Assembly: GCA_964016885.1 (NCBI GenBank) | Contig: OZ024742.1 | Coordinates: 367,474,001-367,538,000, forward strand | Direction: 5' to 3' | Length of the DNA: 64,000 nt | Source of the DNA: Eledone cirrhosa | Lineage: Eukaryota | In this document: positions 1 to 13,918 of the stretch, piece after piece | Layout: each line of letters begins with the position of its first letter | How positions within the stretch are numbered: the stretch's first letter is position 1 | Notes under the pieces: generated by a model | The model's database searches: none | The model's input: only the letters and a program-made list of their open reading frames with translations | What the model was told of the DNA's origin: nothing | Position numbers and translations under genes: made by a program

Positions 1-118
1 TCTTATAAATTTGATATATATTTATCCTTATCGAGTCCTCTTTGGATTTTAGTCTTCAAATTTATTATTATTACTATATATAAATTTTATAATATTATGA
101 GTTGGTAGATCCAGTCCG

Positions 119-302
119 GTGAATTGGCAGTATCTGTAGAGGGTTGGACGCCATGCTTTCTAGCATAGTTACATCCCTTTACGGTCTGAGTTCAAATCCC
201 GACGAGGTTAACTTTGCCTTTTATCATTACGGGGTCGATAAAATAAAGTACCAGTAATGTACTTGATAATTGCTGGCCTTGTGCCAAAAGTAAAAACAAT
301 TA
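119..302 (+). mobile_element. tRNA-derived SINE (family A; Meta-domain-like core GCCTTTCATCCTTACGGGGTCGATAAAATAAAGTACCAG)
   Basis: A-box-like TGGCAGTATC, B-box GAGTTCAAATCC, conserved core and tail GGCCTTGTGCCAAAAGTAGAAACAATTAT; recurs more than 10 times in the window. Confidence 0.85.
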
Positions 303-489
303 TATTATAACATTAAATCATAAAAAAAAATGTTTAACACTACAAATGAAGTCATTCTTTTCTTTTTTTTCAAATATACCTAACTGTACCAAGGATCTCA
401 CACATTTTCCAATATATATGTATACATATACATATATATATATATATAAACACGTATACATAGGTAATATATATATATATATATATTTA

Positions 490-684
490 TTAAAATAACA
501 GATTTAAGTTTAAGCAAAGAATCGTTGCTTTCACCCTTAACGGGATCTTCTGAAAGCAGCGATTCTTTGCTTAAACTTTAATCTGTTATCTTAATACATA
601 TTTGCTCTACGGTTCTTATATATTTGATATATATTTATCCTTATCGAGCCCTCTTTGGATTTTAGTCTTCAAATTTATTATTAT

Positions 685-690
<6 letters not shown>
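490..690. repeat. Penelope pLTR-end remnant forming a fold-back, containing a hammerhead-like motif of the CAGAAGA family
   Basis: AAGTTTAAGCAAAGAATCG...CGATTCTTTGCTTAAACTT inverted repeat; matches 47959-48120; flanked by (TA)n. Confidence 0.75.
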
Positions 691-736
<46 letters not shown>

Positions 737-1600
737 GTACATATAGTGTTGTCTCTACATAGCCGCAGTTTAACATTTGTTATCAGTAAACGAATAAAAT
801 ATGTGTAGGGATATGTGAGTATGAGTGTGTGTGTGTGTGTACAAACTAAATATATATCTACGTATGTACAGTTATATTTGCCGAGATAAAATGACCAACG
901 GCTAACATCTCTACAGCCGTAATGTTCATTCCCATTTATATATATTCTCTATTACGATGACAAGTAATTTACGCAATCGAATTTAAGTCTTACTATATTA
1001 CAGCCATAATCACCATATTCTATTTCCATGTGATCGATTTGAAGAGCTCCATTAATCCATCATTGATAGGACGGCTCACGTTTCCATCCGGGTATTTCAC
1101 TCTCCATGTCAATTAACTGTCAAACATTATCACCGGTAAATGACTTGGACATCTACAAAAGTTATATTAATTTTCATATACATTTCTTTTTATTAATGCA
1201 ACAAAATGTTTGACTATGTCCCTTCTGGCTCTCTACACTATGAATCCATGTCCGCAGATGTCAACTTTTCTAGGCTAAAAACAAAGTACCAGTCATTTAC
1301 TGGTGTTGATTCTTCCTCAATCTATCTCTCCGGAATCCTAGAAACCTATCGAAGATTTTTATCAATTCATATCCACACTAGATTGTCCAGGCTAGTGTTT
1401 GACCTGTTTGTATCTATCGTTGTGGCTATATTATTGTGACAACATGATTCTGGCCACTTTATTCTTGGTGTAACAATTCCTTATCTTTTTGTGTTCACAA
1501 TGGGTAGAAATATGTCAATTCTTCACTCATTGAGTGCTTCGTGATTGCCTCTTGTAATTCGATTGTTACCTGCACAGTGCAGCTGCAACTTCGGTTATGC

Positions 1601-1635
<35 letters not shown>

Positions 1636-1723
1636 GTCGATAAAATAAAGTACCAGTAATGCACTGGGATATTTGCTGGCCTTGTGGCAAAAGAGGAAAC
1701 AATTATTATTATTATTATTATTG

Positions 1724-4700
1724 TTCTTTGAGTCTCAGTCAATGATGTTATTTAACTGGAAAATTTGTTGAAATGAATATCAAGCCACTACTTGCAGCCT
1801 CAGATATTCAGGGCGTATCGGAGGGTTCTTGCTGTTCCCAACAAGCATGCCTTTTGAAGTGTTCCAAAAAGCGGGGCGGGACTAATTTCCTTTAACCATC
1901 CTTGGAAACTCTTTGAGATAGTACCTAGTGCGCCTATGACAATCGGGATCACTTTGACTTCATGGCAGTTCCAAATCCTTTTTACCTCCCACTTTAAGTC
2001 CTGGTATCGGTTAATTTTCTCCCTCTCCTTCTCTTGCACTCTCGTGTCGAATGGGCAGGCTACATCCACAATCAGGCACGATCTTTTTCCCTTGTCCAAA
2101 ACCACCAGGTCAGGTCTATTGTGTTCCAGTTTCTTGTCTGTCTGTATCCTAAATCCCACAGCACCTTCACCTTATCGTTTTCCATCACCGACTATGGTTT
2201 ATGTTCATACCACTTCTCAGAATGTGGTAAATTGTTTACTTTACATAGGTGCCACTGGATCAGCTTGCCCATCACATCATGTCTCCAGCCTTTATAGTGA
2301 GTCTGGGCTAGGTGTTTACACTCGGATACAATGTGAGCCACAGTCTCTTCTCTTTCTCCACAGATCCTACACAGTGGGCTAGCCTCCTCCTTGTAAATAT
2401 AGTGTATCGGCCACTTCGTTTTGAGGGCCTGCTCTTGCGCAGCCATTAGCATTCCTTCTGTAGCCTTTTAAAGGTCTCTTTTCAACCAGTTCCATGTCTG
2501 TGGATCTCTAAATTCAGTTTTCTCAAAGAAGGTACTATGAAGGGATTTTTCATGAAGGTTGCTCTTCCTCCCTGTTGTTATTTCCTCCTTGGACATCCCC
2601 TGGCCTATTGTCCTCTCCTTCAGTACAATTCTGAGCATTGGCTCTCTACTATCAGTCACGTATTTGTGTAGGTTGTTTTTCACCATCTGAACACAGTCCT
2701 CTATGCTGATAAGACCTCTTCCACCTTCAGATCTCCTTAACTAGAGTCTATCGACATCACTCCTCTTGTGGAACATGTTGTAGATAGTCAATAGCTTCCT
2801 AGTCTTCCTATCCATTTCTTTTTGTTCAGCAACATTCCATCTTAGAATTCCCGCACTGTACCTAATAATAGACACAGCTCGGGAATTCACTGCACTTATG
2901 GCATTCCTACTGTTCAGATGTGACTTTAATACGCTCCTTACTCTCCGAATGTATTCAGATCTTGTCAATTCCTTCTTTTTTTGTTCTTGATGTCATCAGC
3001 CCCCAGAACACCCAAATACTTGTATCTTTCTTCAGTGTCAATTTCCTTTATCATCTCATCTGTTGGTACCTGGATTCCGTTTTTTCTGCTCAATTTACCC
3101 CTCTTCATCACAAGGACTCCACACTTACTAATCCCAAATTCCATACATATATCACTGCTGAAAATACGGACAGTGTCAACAAGCACATCCAACTCCTTCT
3201 CATTCTGCCCGAAGAGCTTAAGATCGTCCATGAAGAGGAGGTGATTGATGGTAAGCACTCCCTTTTCCAACTTGTATCCTGCTCTCACTTTTCGCAGTAT
3301 AATGGTCAGGGGGATGAGGGCAAGGACAAACAACAGAGGGGACAAACTATCTCCCTGGAAGATACCTCTCTTGAACCTCAGGCCTCCCAAGGATTCTCCG
3401 CCCGATGTTAACTCTGTTTTCCAGGACTTCATACTTTTGCTCAATATCTGTCTGATGTTATCTGCCATCCTGAAGATCTCTAGGCTTTTGGTTATCCAAG
3501 AATGAGGTACCATGTCGAATGCCTTTTTGTAGTCTATCCATCCCATGGCAAGACCAGTGTGTCTCCTCCTGCAAATCCTCATTACCATCTTATCAATAAG
3601 TAACTAGTTCTTTGTACCACGGGACTTCTATCGGCACCCTTTCTGTTCGTCCGGTAACAAGTTGTTTATGTGGAGGTGATGGTAGATTTCCTCAGACACA
3701 ATGCTTGTTAACAGTTTCCACATTACTGACAGACATGTGATAGGTCTATAGTTGGTAACATCATTACCCTTGATTCGGTCTTTCATTACCAGAACTGTGG
3801 TACCTTTTGTCAACCACTCTGGTACCTCACCTGACATCAAGCAGTCATTGAACATGGTTTTCAGTTTCAGGTGGAGGGATGTTATATTTTTAATCCAATA
3901 CCCCTGCACACCATCTGGGCCTGGTGATTTCCAGTTGGTTAGTTTTCTGGCCTGCCACTTAAGAGTTTCAACTGTGATACTCAAATCAGTTTGTTGGTGT
4001 GCCTGTTCACTAATCTCCTTTTGTACTGTCTGATCATTATGTTCAACATCCTGCTCCCATATTCCTCTCCAGAATGTCTTAGTTTGTTCCGCCTCAGGGA
4101 TCAAGTCGTTGCCTCTTCTTTCCCTTCAAGCTGTCCAAACATCTTCAGGTTGTTGTTAAACATGCGGTTCTGTCTATATTGACTGACTCTGCTCTCGTAT
4201 CGCCTAATCTTTGCGCTCTTTGCTACAATGCGTTGCTTCAGTTCCTCTATGATAATATTTAGCTTTTTCCTCCTAGTTTTGTACTTTATTTCCAGTCTAT
4301 TTTTATTGTCTATGTTGTGTAGTGTCCCATTCAGTAGGGACTCAAGCTTTCCAATGTCATTTCTCATTTCCCTGATTTGACCACTCAGTCGTTTCTTCCA
4401 CCAAGGTTCTGATCTTTCTTGTTTGTTGTTTCCTCTCGCTTTTATGCCAAGTAATTTCCTCACCGCATTTGCTGTTGCTTTGAGGATATTGTTGCACTGG
4501 TGAAGGTTCCTCGCCTCAAGATATGGGATGACTTTGTTTACCTTAGCTGTTGTTTCTTTTAACTTTTTCCTGTCTACAAATCTTAGGTTCATAGGTTTCC
4601 CACTATCATTGTTCAATTCATCTACCACTAAGTTTAGGATATCAACCAAATCTTGTCCTAACCCGTCAGCATTCATTTCCTCAATGGCCGTATCTTTGTT

Positions 4701-5330
4701 CCAGATGTTATTTATTTCAGCATTCAGATCATTGTCTGCTTCGGATGCTTCCTCCGTTCTCTCAACCTCTTCACCTTCATCTCCCACTGGCCCGTTTGCC
4801 TGTCATACTCCACTCTCCATTTCCAATCTAATCTCTCTGCTGAGTTCCTCCAGTTCCAGCTCGCTTATCCACCCATTAGTTCTTATTACCCGAGCCTGCC
4901 CGGCCAATTTTTGTTCATCTAATTTAAATAGACCAATCTCGTTCCAGATGCTATGCATCCGTTTCCTATAGCCTTTTTCCTTGGGGTTACTCTTCAGGTA
5001 ACATTGCATAACAGTTCTATTCAATTCTTTCGTCCAGTTGGTTCTGGTCCCTTTCCTTCTTATTCTTCCTCCAACACCAGCAGTATTTGGATGACAGCCA
5101 GGTCCCTGCTGCTGGGCCAGGGAGCACCTGCTGGGTGAGAGTCTGTCACATGACATTCCAGTCTCCACTTCACCGTTATTCGAACTGTTTAGGGTCGACA
5201 TTTAAACACTCATATGGAGGATTGGTGAATGTATGGTTACATAACAACCGGTGATTTCATCACCCCCAGTGATTTGATCATCCCCGGTGATTTTAGCGTG
5301 GCACTATCACGCTGTAGACGAACATAAATA
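1724..5330 (-). mobile_element. R4/Dong-type RLE non-LTR retrotransposon, near full length, frameshifted
   Basis: Collinear minus-strand ORF fragments 5201->1800: RT (KSPGPDG, NYRPITCL, WIDYKKAFD, IFQGDSLSP, LFMDDLKL), CCHC finger (CRICG..HIVSEC), RHD, RLE (RPDLVV..DVACP..RYQDL); 3' end abuts (ATT)n. Confidence 0.9.
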
Positions 5331-6029
5331 AATAAACAAATAAATAGGTAAAAACTTTAAAAAATAAGCATAAGTTTCATTGTAATGTAATGTTTGAATG
5401 TCTGACTTAGTTTTTGTTTGTTTGTTTGTTTGTTTGTTTGTTTTTCTTTTCTTTTTTTCTTTTCTTTACGTTTTTTCGTTGCTGCTGTGCTGTTTTGATT
5501 TTGATTTTTGATTTTTTGATTTTTTGACCGGGTCATCAAATAAGTCTTGCTCACTTAGTGGGAATACTACGATCCCTCTGTCTTAGCAGGAGGTAGTGGG
5601 AGAGAATAGCGGCGGTAGCGATAATGAGGCAGTGGTGGTGATGTGATCTTAGTACTGTAGTGATGGTGTTGAAGTTGAAGTAGAAATAGAAGTTGAGGTA
5701 ACAGTTGGCTTGCCTAGATTTTTTGGTGTGGTAGTGGTGATGGTGGCGGTGGTGGTGTTGGTGGTGAAATTATTTGCCTCTGTCCACGTAGCGATTTTCC
5801 TCTTTTTGACTATAACATTTCTGATCCAAAATTAAATATTAAATATTGGGGCCCTATGCCATATTGTGATGCGTTGTCGCTTGCTGAGAGTATAACTGTA
5901 AGCTTATGTTTCATTTGTAATAAGAAGTATTCTAGCACAGTTGTTTTAAATATGTAAAAATCAAAAACTTACGGGAGCGATTCCATAACAATATATCCAC
6001 CATTATTATTATTATTATTATCATTATTA

Positions 6030-8055
6030 CAGTTGCATTTATCTTGCTTTATGTTCATACGAGTTATCACCAAGTCCCAACCAGTGACCTCAAGAGACAA
6101 CAAGATCCGCCATGTTCAAGAAAGAACATACATACTCACACATGCATCTTTAGTGTTTAGACTTGTGATGTACTTATATTGACAGAATCTTCCTTAGTAT
6201 ATGGGCAGTTACCATTAGTACTATCTTTTGTATTTCTCCTATACGCGGGTTTCCTGGGATTTGCGATAAGTAATCATTAGACCCCTTAGGTATCATTCCC
6301 AGAGCGCCTACAACCACTGGTATTGTTTTAGTTCTCAATTTCCACATTTTTCCAATTTCTATCTCCAGTGGGACTGGAGATAGAATGTTTTTATAGATAC
6401 ATTCTTGTCTATTGGAACGGACATATCAATTAGCAGGCATACCCTCTTTTTAAAGTCCTTCAATATTATATCTGGTCTATTTGCATCTATTTTTCGGTCT
6501 GTTTGGATGCTAAAGTTCCACAAGATTGAGATGTGATCTTTTTCAAGTATGGGAGGTGGTTGATGCTCCCACTAATTCTTTTGATGGGGCAGATCAAAAT
6601 GCTTACACAATATCCAATGTATGTATTGTGCAGCTCTGTCATGCCTGTTTAGGTATTCGGTTGGAGCTATAGGACTGCACATTGAAATTATATGGTCAAT
6701 GGTCTCTGGTTGTTTTTTGCATACACGGCATAATGGGCTGCATCCATTTTTTATTATGTTGGCTTGGTTATTTTTTGTTGGCAGACACTGATCTTGTGCT
6801 GATATAATCAGTCCTTCAGTCTCCGATTTCAGTCCAGAGGATGCCAACCACTGATGGGTTAAAGTTTTGTCAACATCAGGATTGTTAGCTCGTTCTGGGT
6901 ATTTTCCATACAGAGGCTTTTCTTGCCATTTCTTAGCCAGTTTCTGTAGCAGTTCTTTCTTTGCAGTTACTTTTACCTGCTTTGCTTTTTCTGTGTTTTC
7001 CATTTCAGCAGTAAATGGGACTTCTGAAATTTGTAGTCCATTACTGTATCTTTGTGCATCTTTTGTAATGGAATATGATCTTTTGATGCTTTCGTGTTTC
7101 AAAACGAGTTTGATCATCCAATCATGTGATTCCCTTAGATATGTAGATAATCCAATTGTTGCAGTTTTCAACGCAATGTCTAACTGGACTAACCCACGTC
7201 CTCCTTCTTTCCTAGGGAGATATATTCTATCTATATCTGCCTTAGGGTGATGCATTCTGTGCATGGTTAAGAATTTTCGAATTTTTGTATCGAGCCTACG
7301 GATCTCTGTGCTTGACCAGTTGATGACATTGTAACTGTAGGTTACTACTGGTATGGCAAGCGTGTTTATGGCATCGATCCTATTCCTTGCATTCAATTCC
7401 GTTCTTAAGATTGCTCTAACTCTGCGGTAACATTCCTTTCTTATCCTTTCCCTCATTGTCGAGTGTTTGATTCCGTCTCCTTCACAAACACCTAGATATT
7501 TGTAAGTTTTTTCTTGATCAAATTCTCTTATCACATTCCCCCGATCAAGATTAATGTCTGAACTCTTCAGCAGCTTTCCTCTGGTGAACGTTGCTTTGGC
7601 GCATTTATCTAGTCCAAACTCCATTTTAATGTCATCACTGAACTGCTCCACAGTGGATAATAGCCCTTGCAATTGTTCATCATTTTTTGCAAATAGTTTC
7701 AGATCATCCATGTAGAACAAGTGATTAATGGTTTTTTCATAGACGCTATATCCATGTTTTGTTTCATTGAGCATTTTACTTAATGGTATAAGTGCGATGC
7801 AGAATAAAAGCGGTGATAAAGAGTCACCCTGAAAAATTCCACAATTAATATTAACTTCTCCAGCTTCCAGTGATTTTGTTTCACTATTCAAAAGGAGTGT
7901 CGTTTTCCATGTCTTCATACTGAATGACAAAAACCTCATGACAACGGGGGATATTTTGAAAATCTCTAAACATTTTTCAATCCAACTGTGTGGCAAACTA
8001 TCGAATGCTTTTTTTTTTATAATCTATCCAAGCAATTGATAGATTTTTGTGTATA
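6030..8055 (-). mobile_element. Second R4/Dong-type RLE retrotransposon, 5'-truncated
   Basis: ORF 6572-7996 with GIFQGDSLSP, LFYMDDLKLF, CRVC..HIISMC, RHD; RLE region continues to about 6175; (ATT)n on both flanks. Confidence 0.9.
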
Positions 8056-8099
<44 letters not shown>

Positions 8100-8139
8100 C
8101 AATATATATATGTATATATATATATATATTTATATATAT

Positions 8140-8620
8140 TGAATTCACAAGAATCAAAGCTATATTGAAACCATTTATTCGCTGACATTTGTTTCTTCCA
8201 AACCTAGGCTTGGAGTCTTCGGAGCATTTTTAATGATTGTACATATAATTGACCTCCTACTCAACGTAAGAGACATACAGATACATATATATATATATAT
8301 TGATGTACATCAATATATATATATATATGTATCTGTATGTCTCTTACGTTGAGTAGGAGGTCAATTATATGTACAATCATTAAAAATGCTTCGTAGACTC
8401 CAAGCCTAGGTTTGGAAGAAACAATTGTCAGCGAATAAATGTTTTAAACATAACTTTGATACTTGTGTAATCTATATAACTGCTCTGTAAAACAACTGAT
8501 GTTCTTGCATTGAGCTATTTCTCTTACTGGTAATAAGGTAGTAATAAATTACTGACCTTCTCTGTTTATAGTTGTTTATAGTTTGAAATATACATAACTA
8601 TAAATAGTATCCTTAATATT
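8140..8620. repeat. Fold-back Penelope-type pLTR remnant with hammerhead motifs (related copy at 57965-58680)
   Basis: 8145-8300 is an inverted repeat of 8310-8470; (TA)n flanks. Confidence 0.75.
8181..8225 (-). ncRNA. Type-I hammerhead ribozyme motif, U4C core variant
   Basis: GCU CCGAAGA CUCCAAGCCUAGGUUUGGAA GAAA CAAAUG UC AGC; degenerate + copy at 8388-8432. Confidence 0.65.
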
Positions 8621-8641
8621 ATATATATATATATATAAATA

Positions 8642-8681
<40 letters not shown>

Positions 8682-8920
8682 AGAAAGTATGACCCCGACG
8701 GCAGAGCTTAAGCCGTTTCGGCGGCTATTTCTGGTCTAAAGTAAGAGTTTTTTTAGTCCAGGCTAAAAAACTCTTACTTTAGTCCAGAATTAGCCGTCGA
8801 AATGGCTTGAGCTCTGCCGTCGGGGTCATACTTTCTCCTATTACCCACTCTACTACCATAAGTATTGAATACTCTGGTGCGTTATGGTCCATCTGGTTCC
8901 TTACCACAACTCCTCCGTTA

Positions 8921-9033
<113 letters not shown>

Positions 9034-9124
9034 CGAAGGAAATGTGGTAAGGAACCAGGTGGACCATAACGCACAAAAGTACTCAATACTTAGGGTTGTA
9101 GAGTGGGTAATAGGAACAAGTAAG

Positions 9125-9218
9125 ACCCCGACGGCTGAGCTCAAGCCGTTTCGACGGCTAATTCTGTACTGAATGAACATTTATTCTGGTATTTATATAG
9201 CCGAACTTATCAAGGGGT
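9125..9218 (-). ncRNA. Type-I hammerhead ribozyme, U3-A8 core, in the sense 3' pLTR
   Basis: ACCCC UUGAUAA G..CGGCUA...UAGCCG UC GAAA CGGC(loop)GCCG UC GGGGU. Confidence 0.75.
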
Positions 9219-12089
9219 AATTCCATATATGGTCAAAGAGATAATCACCAGGATTGGTCACATCACAAGTTAGTAGTAAATCTGTGATGGCAAGTTGGTG
9301 GGGGAAGGGGTAGCTAAGCCTGCCGGTAGGAGAAAAAGGGAGAGGGGGTGGAGTAGACCCATTCATGCGTTGGTAGTGCCAGCTACAGCTGGGTGTGAGG
9401 TCAAAGAGGATACTGGGAGGGGGAGGAGGAGGAGGTCGAGACGGTAAGTAGAACAATGAAAGGTAAAACTATAAAAGGTACTGAGAGAGAAAAAAAATAA
9501 GCAAAATCTGGTTATTAAGACATAAGTCTCTCGCTATTGCTAGGCTAAAGAAATACATAAATAAATAAATAAACAAATAAGTGAATAAAAGAATAGATAA
9601 ATAAATTTAAAAAAAATATATATATATATATATATAATGTAGAATAAAAAAATAATAAATAATAATAATAGAAAAAAACTAGGTGGGACGGAAATAAAGG
9701 GCCCCTTATACGAGGTATAAGTGCGTGTATCGTACGGTGACGGGTCAACAAGGGGGGGGGGGCCAGAATACTAAAGAGACTACCACGAAAATAATAAGGG
9801 TTTGTACCCCAATCACAGGGCCAGCAACCACCCAGTGCCAGAAAGTAAACTAGTACGAGAATATAATTCAGGGTCCCGCAAAAAAATACTAGTGCTAACA
9901 CTAAGGGTACCGCCACGAAACAAGAAGTCTTATACAAGCTACATGAAAGATCGTACGAAGTAAAAGTAAAGAACGGAAAATTAATACAGGAACACCCCCC
10001 CCCCCCAAAAAAAAAGGGGAAAAAGAAGAAAGAAATACCTGACAAACGAGAAATTAAAGCAAAGATGCCACTAAGAAATATAGAAGGCACGGAAAAAAGG
10101 GACAACGGTCGGAGAAGGGGGCGAGTATCCGAAGTCTAACACCTCTGCTATAAAAAGCGGAGTCAGCCAAATCTATCATAGAATAGGGGAGGGGTGGGGG
10201 TGCTGAAGCTACCAGGGACCGATGGGCTACCTCGGGTGGGCGAGAAAAAGACGACGACAAAGAAAGGGAACTGGGGTAGAAGGACTAGGGAGGGATGGGG
10301 GGAAGGAGGAAATATAGAGGAAGCGATAAAAGAATGTAAAAGAAGATCTTACGTCTCCATTGGCAAGCAGGGGTTACCCATTACAAAATAGGCAAGTGGG
10401 GTGTTATAGCCCTAGTCTAACCCCCCCCCCCCCCCGGGTCATTATGGGGTTTGAGGGCGAGGTAAGTCCTACGTAATCGGTGTTTACATGCAGTAACCAG
10501 TTCATCTTTCTTGTTTAGGAGTTGGTCCGTCGAAAACAGCATTTGTAATGTTTCCTCCGAGCATAAATTGCACGGACGGCGTCCTCCCGTTTAAGAGTTG
10601 GCTCTGGACAGTAATTTCCAAGTGAGATCATAGTTGATGTTGTTGTCCTTGAAGTCCCATATGTGGCCCGAAAGTGTAGTGGCGTGACGGCGGGCCGGGT
10701 TTCGGAAGTTATGTCTATGTTGGTATAGCTGGGTCTTGAAGTCGCATACTGTTAATCCTATATAGGCTTTGTTGGAGGTGTCCGTGCTCACGTTGCACTG
10801 GTAGATCACTTTACGGTCTCTGCATCTGTTGTCGAGGGGGAAACTGGATCTATCAGTACAGTTGCACCTCCTGGTCGACTCTCCACTAAATTTAGGTTGT
10901 TTCTTCCATCGGGGTTGAGTTTTTTGTTGTTGGAGGAGACGATGTTTTGTGCGAAGTTAGGTGTAGTGCTGTAAGAGAGTTTGATGGTATTTTTGTTAAT
11001 TATGTTGTGGTAGCGGTGTTGTAGTGGGAAGTGTTTTTCAATGAGCCTAAAGAAAATTTTCCCGATGGGAGTTGTCACCACTGCGTTGTGGGGAGGATTG
11101 AACCATGTTACATTGCGTGAGCGGCGGTGTCGCCTGCTGGTTCCGCTAATGGGAGCTGGACAGTAGGATATTTCCTCCCGGAAACCACTCCGCTTAAGGG
11201 CCTGGTTGTAGTAAGGCGCATGTTCATCGAATATTTTCTCATTAGCTGACAAACGGGATATACGGAGGGAGATGTTTTTGACCAGGTTGTTGGTGATGTT
11301 CCTAGGATGGTTAGATCGGTGGTGGATGTAGTGCAGGTTGTCATTGGGTTTCCTGTATGGGTAGTACAGGTCATTATTGAGACTTTTTGTTTCGTGGCGG
11401 TACCCTTAGAGTTAGCACTAGTATTTTTTTGCGGGACCCTGAATTATATTCTCGTACTAGTTTACGTTCTGGCACTGGGTGGTTGCTGGCCCTGTGATTG
11501 GGGTACAAACCCTTATTATTTTCGTGGTAGTCTCTTTAGTATTCTGCCCCCCCCCCCCCCCTGTTGACCCGTCACCGTACGATACACGCACTTATACCTC
11601 GTATAAGGGTCCCTTTATTTCCGTCCCACCTAGTTTTTTTCTATTATTATTATTTATTATTTTTTTATTCTACATTATATATATATATATATTTTTTTTT
11701 TTTTATTTATTTATCTATTCTTTTATTCACTTATTTGTTTATTTATTTATTTATGTATTTCTTTAGCCTAGCAATAGCGAGAGACATGTCTTAGTAACCA
11801 GATTTTGCTTTTTTTTTCTCTCTCAGTACCTTTTATAGTTTTACCTTTCATTGTTCTACTTACCGTTTCGACCTCCTCCCCCTCCCCCTCCCCAGTATCC
11901 TCTTTGACCTCACACCCAGCTGTAGCTGGCACTACCAACGCATGAATGGGTCTACTCCACCCCCTCTCCCCTTTTCTCCTACCGGCAGGTTTAGCTACCC
12001 CTTCCTCCACCAACTTGCCATCACAGATTTACTACTAACTTGTGATGTGACCAATCCTGGTGATTATCTCTTTGACCATATATGGAATT

Positions 12090-12183
12090 ACCCCTTGATA
12101 AGTTCGGCTATTTAAATACCAGAATAAATTTTCATTCAGTACAGAATTAGCCGTCGAAACGGCTTGAGCTCAGCCGTCGGGGT
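12090..12183 (+). ncRNA. Type-I hammerhead ribozyme, U3-A8 core, in the inverted pLTR
   Basis: Stem I ACCCC/GGGGT, core TTGATAA, stem II CGGCTA/TAGCCG, GAAA, stem III CGGC/GCCG, GUC cleavage triplet. Confidence 0.75.
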
Positions 12184-12777
12184 CTTACTTGTTCCTATAT
12201 ATATATATATATAAACGAAATTACTCGGAGCGTCTTGCCTTTCTCCGGGCCCGCCGTGCCGGTTGTTTAGACCGCCATATTATACTTATACCTATAAACT
12301 CTAGGCTTAGGCATAACTGTTAGCTGTATCATGCCTATACTGGCACGTAAATAAACCCCTCATGTGTGAATTTATAGTATTCGTTTGGTATTGACGGCGG
12401 CCTGTCGAAATTGTAGACTTCTCGCTAGCACACCCGGGGCCTAGGGTAGCTACGTTCCTAGAGTACTCGGAAAAATTAATTTCCATTTCTTTCGCTGGAC
12501 GATACCGCTCGAAACTGGATGACACGTGGTTAGGAGGTGCTGGCTGGGATTCACAATCGAAAGCTTTAATCTTTACTCTATATCCCACTCTGATATCTTA
12601 TCGAGATTAACTTTTTCATATAAGTCTCTCTCTGTAAGTTCATTAAATAATTTTTATTTAACTTTCAATTTATTATTTTTTAATTTAATTTCATCCTATA
12701 ACTCGTAACATAAGTTTAACGTTCCAATTTTCTGTTCACACATTAGACCATACAGACACCCATTATATATAAGGGTG

Positions 12778-12962
12778 CTGGATTGGTAGTATCGGTCGAG
12801 GGTCGCACGCCATGCTTTCCATCATAGTTACGTCCCTTTACGATCTGAGTTCAAATCCCGCCGAGGTTGACTTTGCCTTTCATCCTTACGGGGTCGATAA
12901 AATAAAGTACCAGTAATGCACTGGGTAATTGCTGGCCTTGTGCCTAAAGTAGAAACAATTAT
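12778..12962 (+). mobile_element. tRNA-derived SINE family A (duplicated at 15088-15272)
   Basis: B-box GAGTTCAAATCC, family core and tail. Confidence 0.85.
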
Positions 12963-13282
12963 ATATATATGCCTTTGTTAAAATATAGATTCTTTAGAAT
13001 AACATTTTTTGCGGCGTTTTCTAGCATGACTGTAGTGTGACCCTTATGCTGACTTCTTTCTTTTTTCTTCTTTCTTTCTTTCTTCCCCTTTTTTATTATT
13101 TGACGGAGAGGTGGTAGTACATTATAAGCCTTCGCCCCCTCACCAGATGGTCATTAGCAGATCGAGTAGCCATCACTTTGAGGGCGACTGGCCGAGGTGA
13201 AGGAAGCTAGTTGGCCAGTTGTCCTCTCTGTCTGTGATTTTTCGGACCCATGGTTTTAACATATGCCTTTGTTATATTTCGA

Positions 13283-13340
13283 ATACCTGATGATATCACC
13301 GGATTCATATGGAACCCGGTCATTGAAATGATCATAGTAT
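13283..13340 (+). ncRNA. Type-I hammerhead ribozyme, canonical core
   Basis: AUAC CUGAUGA ..ACCGG(loop)CCGGU.. GAAA UGAUCA UA GUAU; palindromic stem III. Confidence 0.75.
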
Positions 13341-13734
13341 AATAAACTTCCAAGGATTTACACCACTCCAGCCTCCTGTTATTTTTATTTATAATTAACT
13401 CCGTATTCGTACCACCAACTACACAAACGAAGACGAGTGAACTGCACTACGTTGAGTACTCTCCACAATATTACACCAAGATTGACCATACGGAATTCTA
13501 TCCAGTGGTGAACCAACAAACCTAAAGAAATAATGCTCCAATAATGTTGAGCACTTCCAAATGTAATATTGAACAGCGGCACTGACTTCAGTGTACAGCT
13601 ACCGCCAGCATGGGATTAACTGATCTACTTACCATTCGGATTTTGGCTGCTCTGTGCTTTGTCTACCGCCCACCCGATGCTGCTTCCCAGTCAGGAATAT
13701 TCGGATTCCGACAAAATTCTACGTATTATACTGT

Positions 13735-13918
13735 GGATTGGCAGTATCGGTAGAGGGTCGGACGCCATGCTTTCCAGCATAGTTACGTCCCTTTACGATC
13801 TGAGTTCAAATCCCGCCGAGGTTGACTTTGCCTTTCATCCTTACGGGGTCGATAAAATAAAGTACCAGTAATGCACTGGGTAATTTGCTGGCCTTGTGCC
13901 AAAAGTAGAAACAATTAT
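13735..13918 (+). mobile_element. tRNA-derived SINE family A, consensus-like copy
   Basis: Complete A box, B box, core and tail. Confidence 0.88.

Noticed and set aside
5200-5330. HDV-like ribozyme at the R4/Dong 5' end
   Set aside because: Only short AAATCAC repeats seen; could not build the nested pseudoknot by eye
10480-10870. Selenocysteine (UGA) recoding in the Naiad GIY-YIG region
   Set aside because: Conserved cysteines are TGC/TGT; disruptions are ordinary frameshifts
13735-13830. tRNA genes
   Set aside because: A and B boxes belong to SINE heads; no cloverleaf
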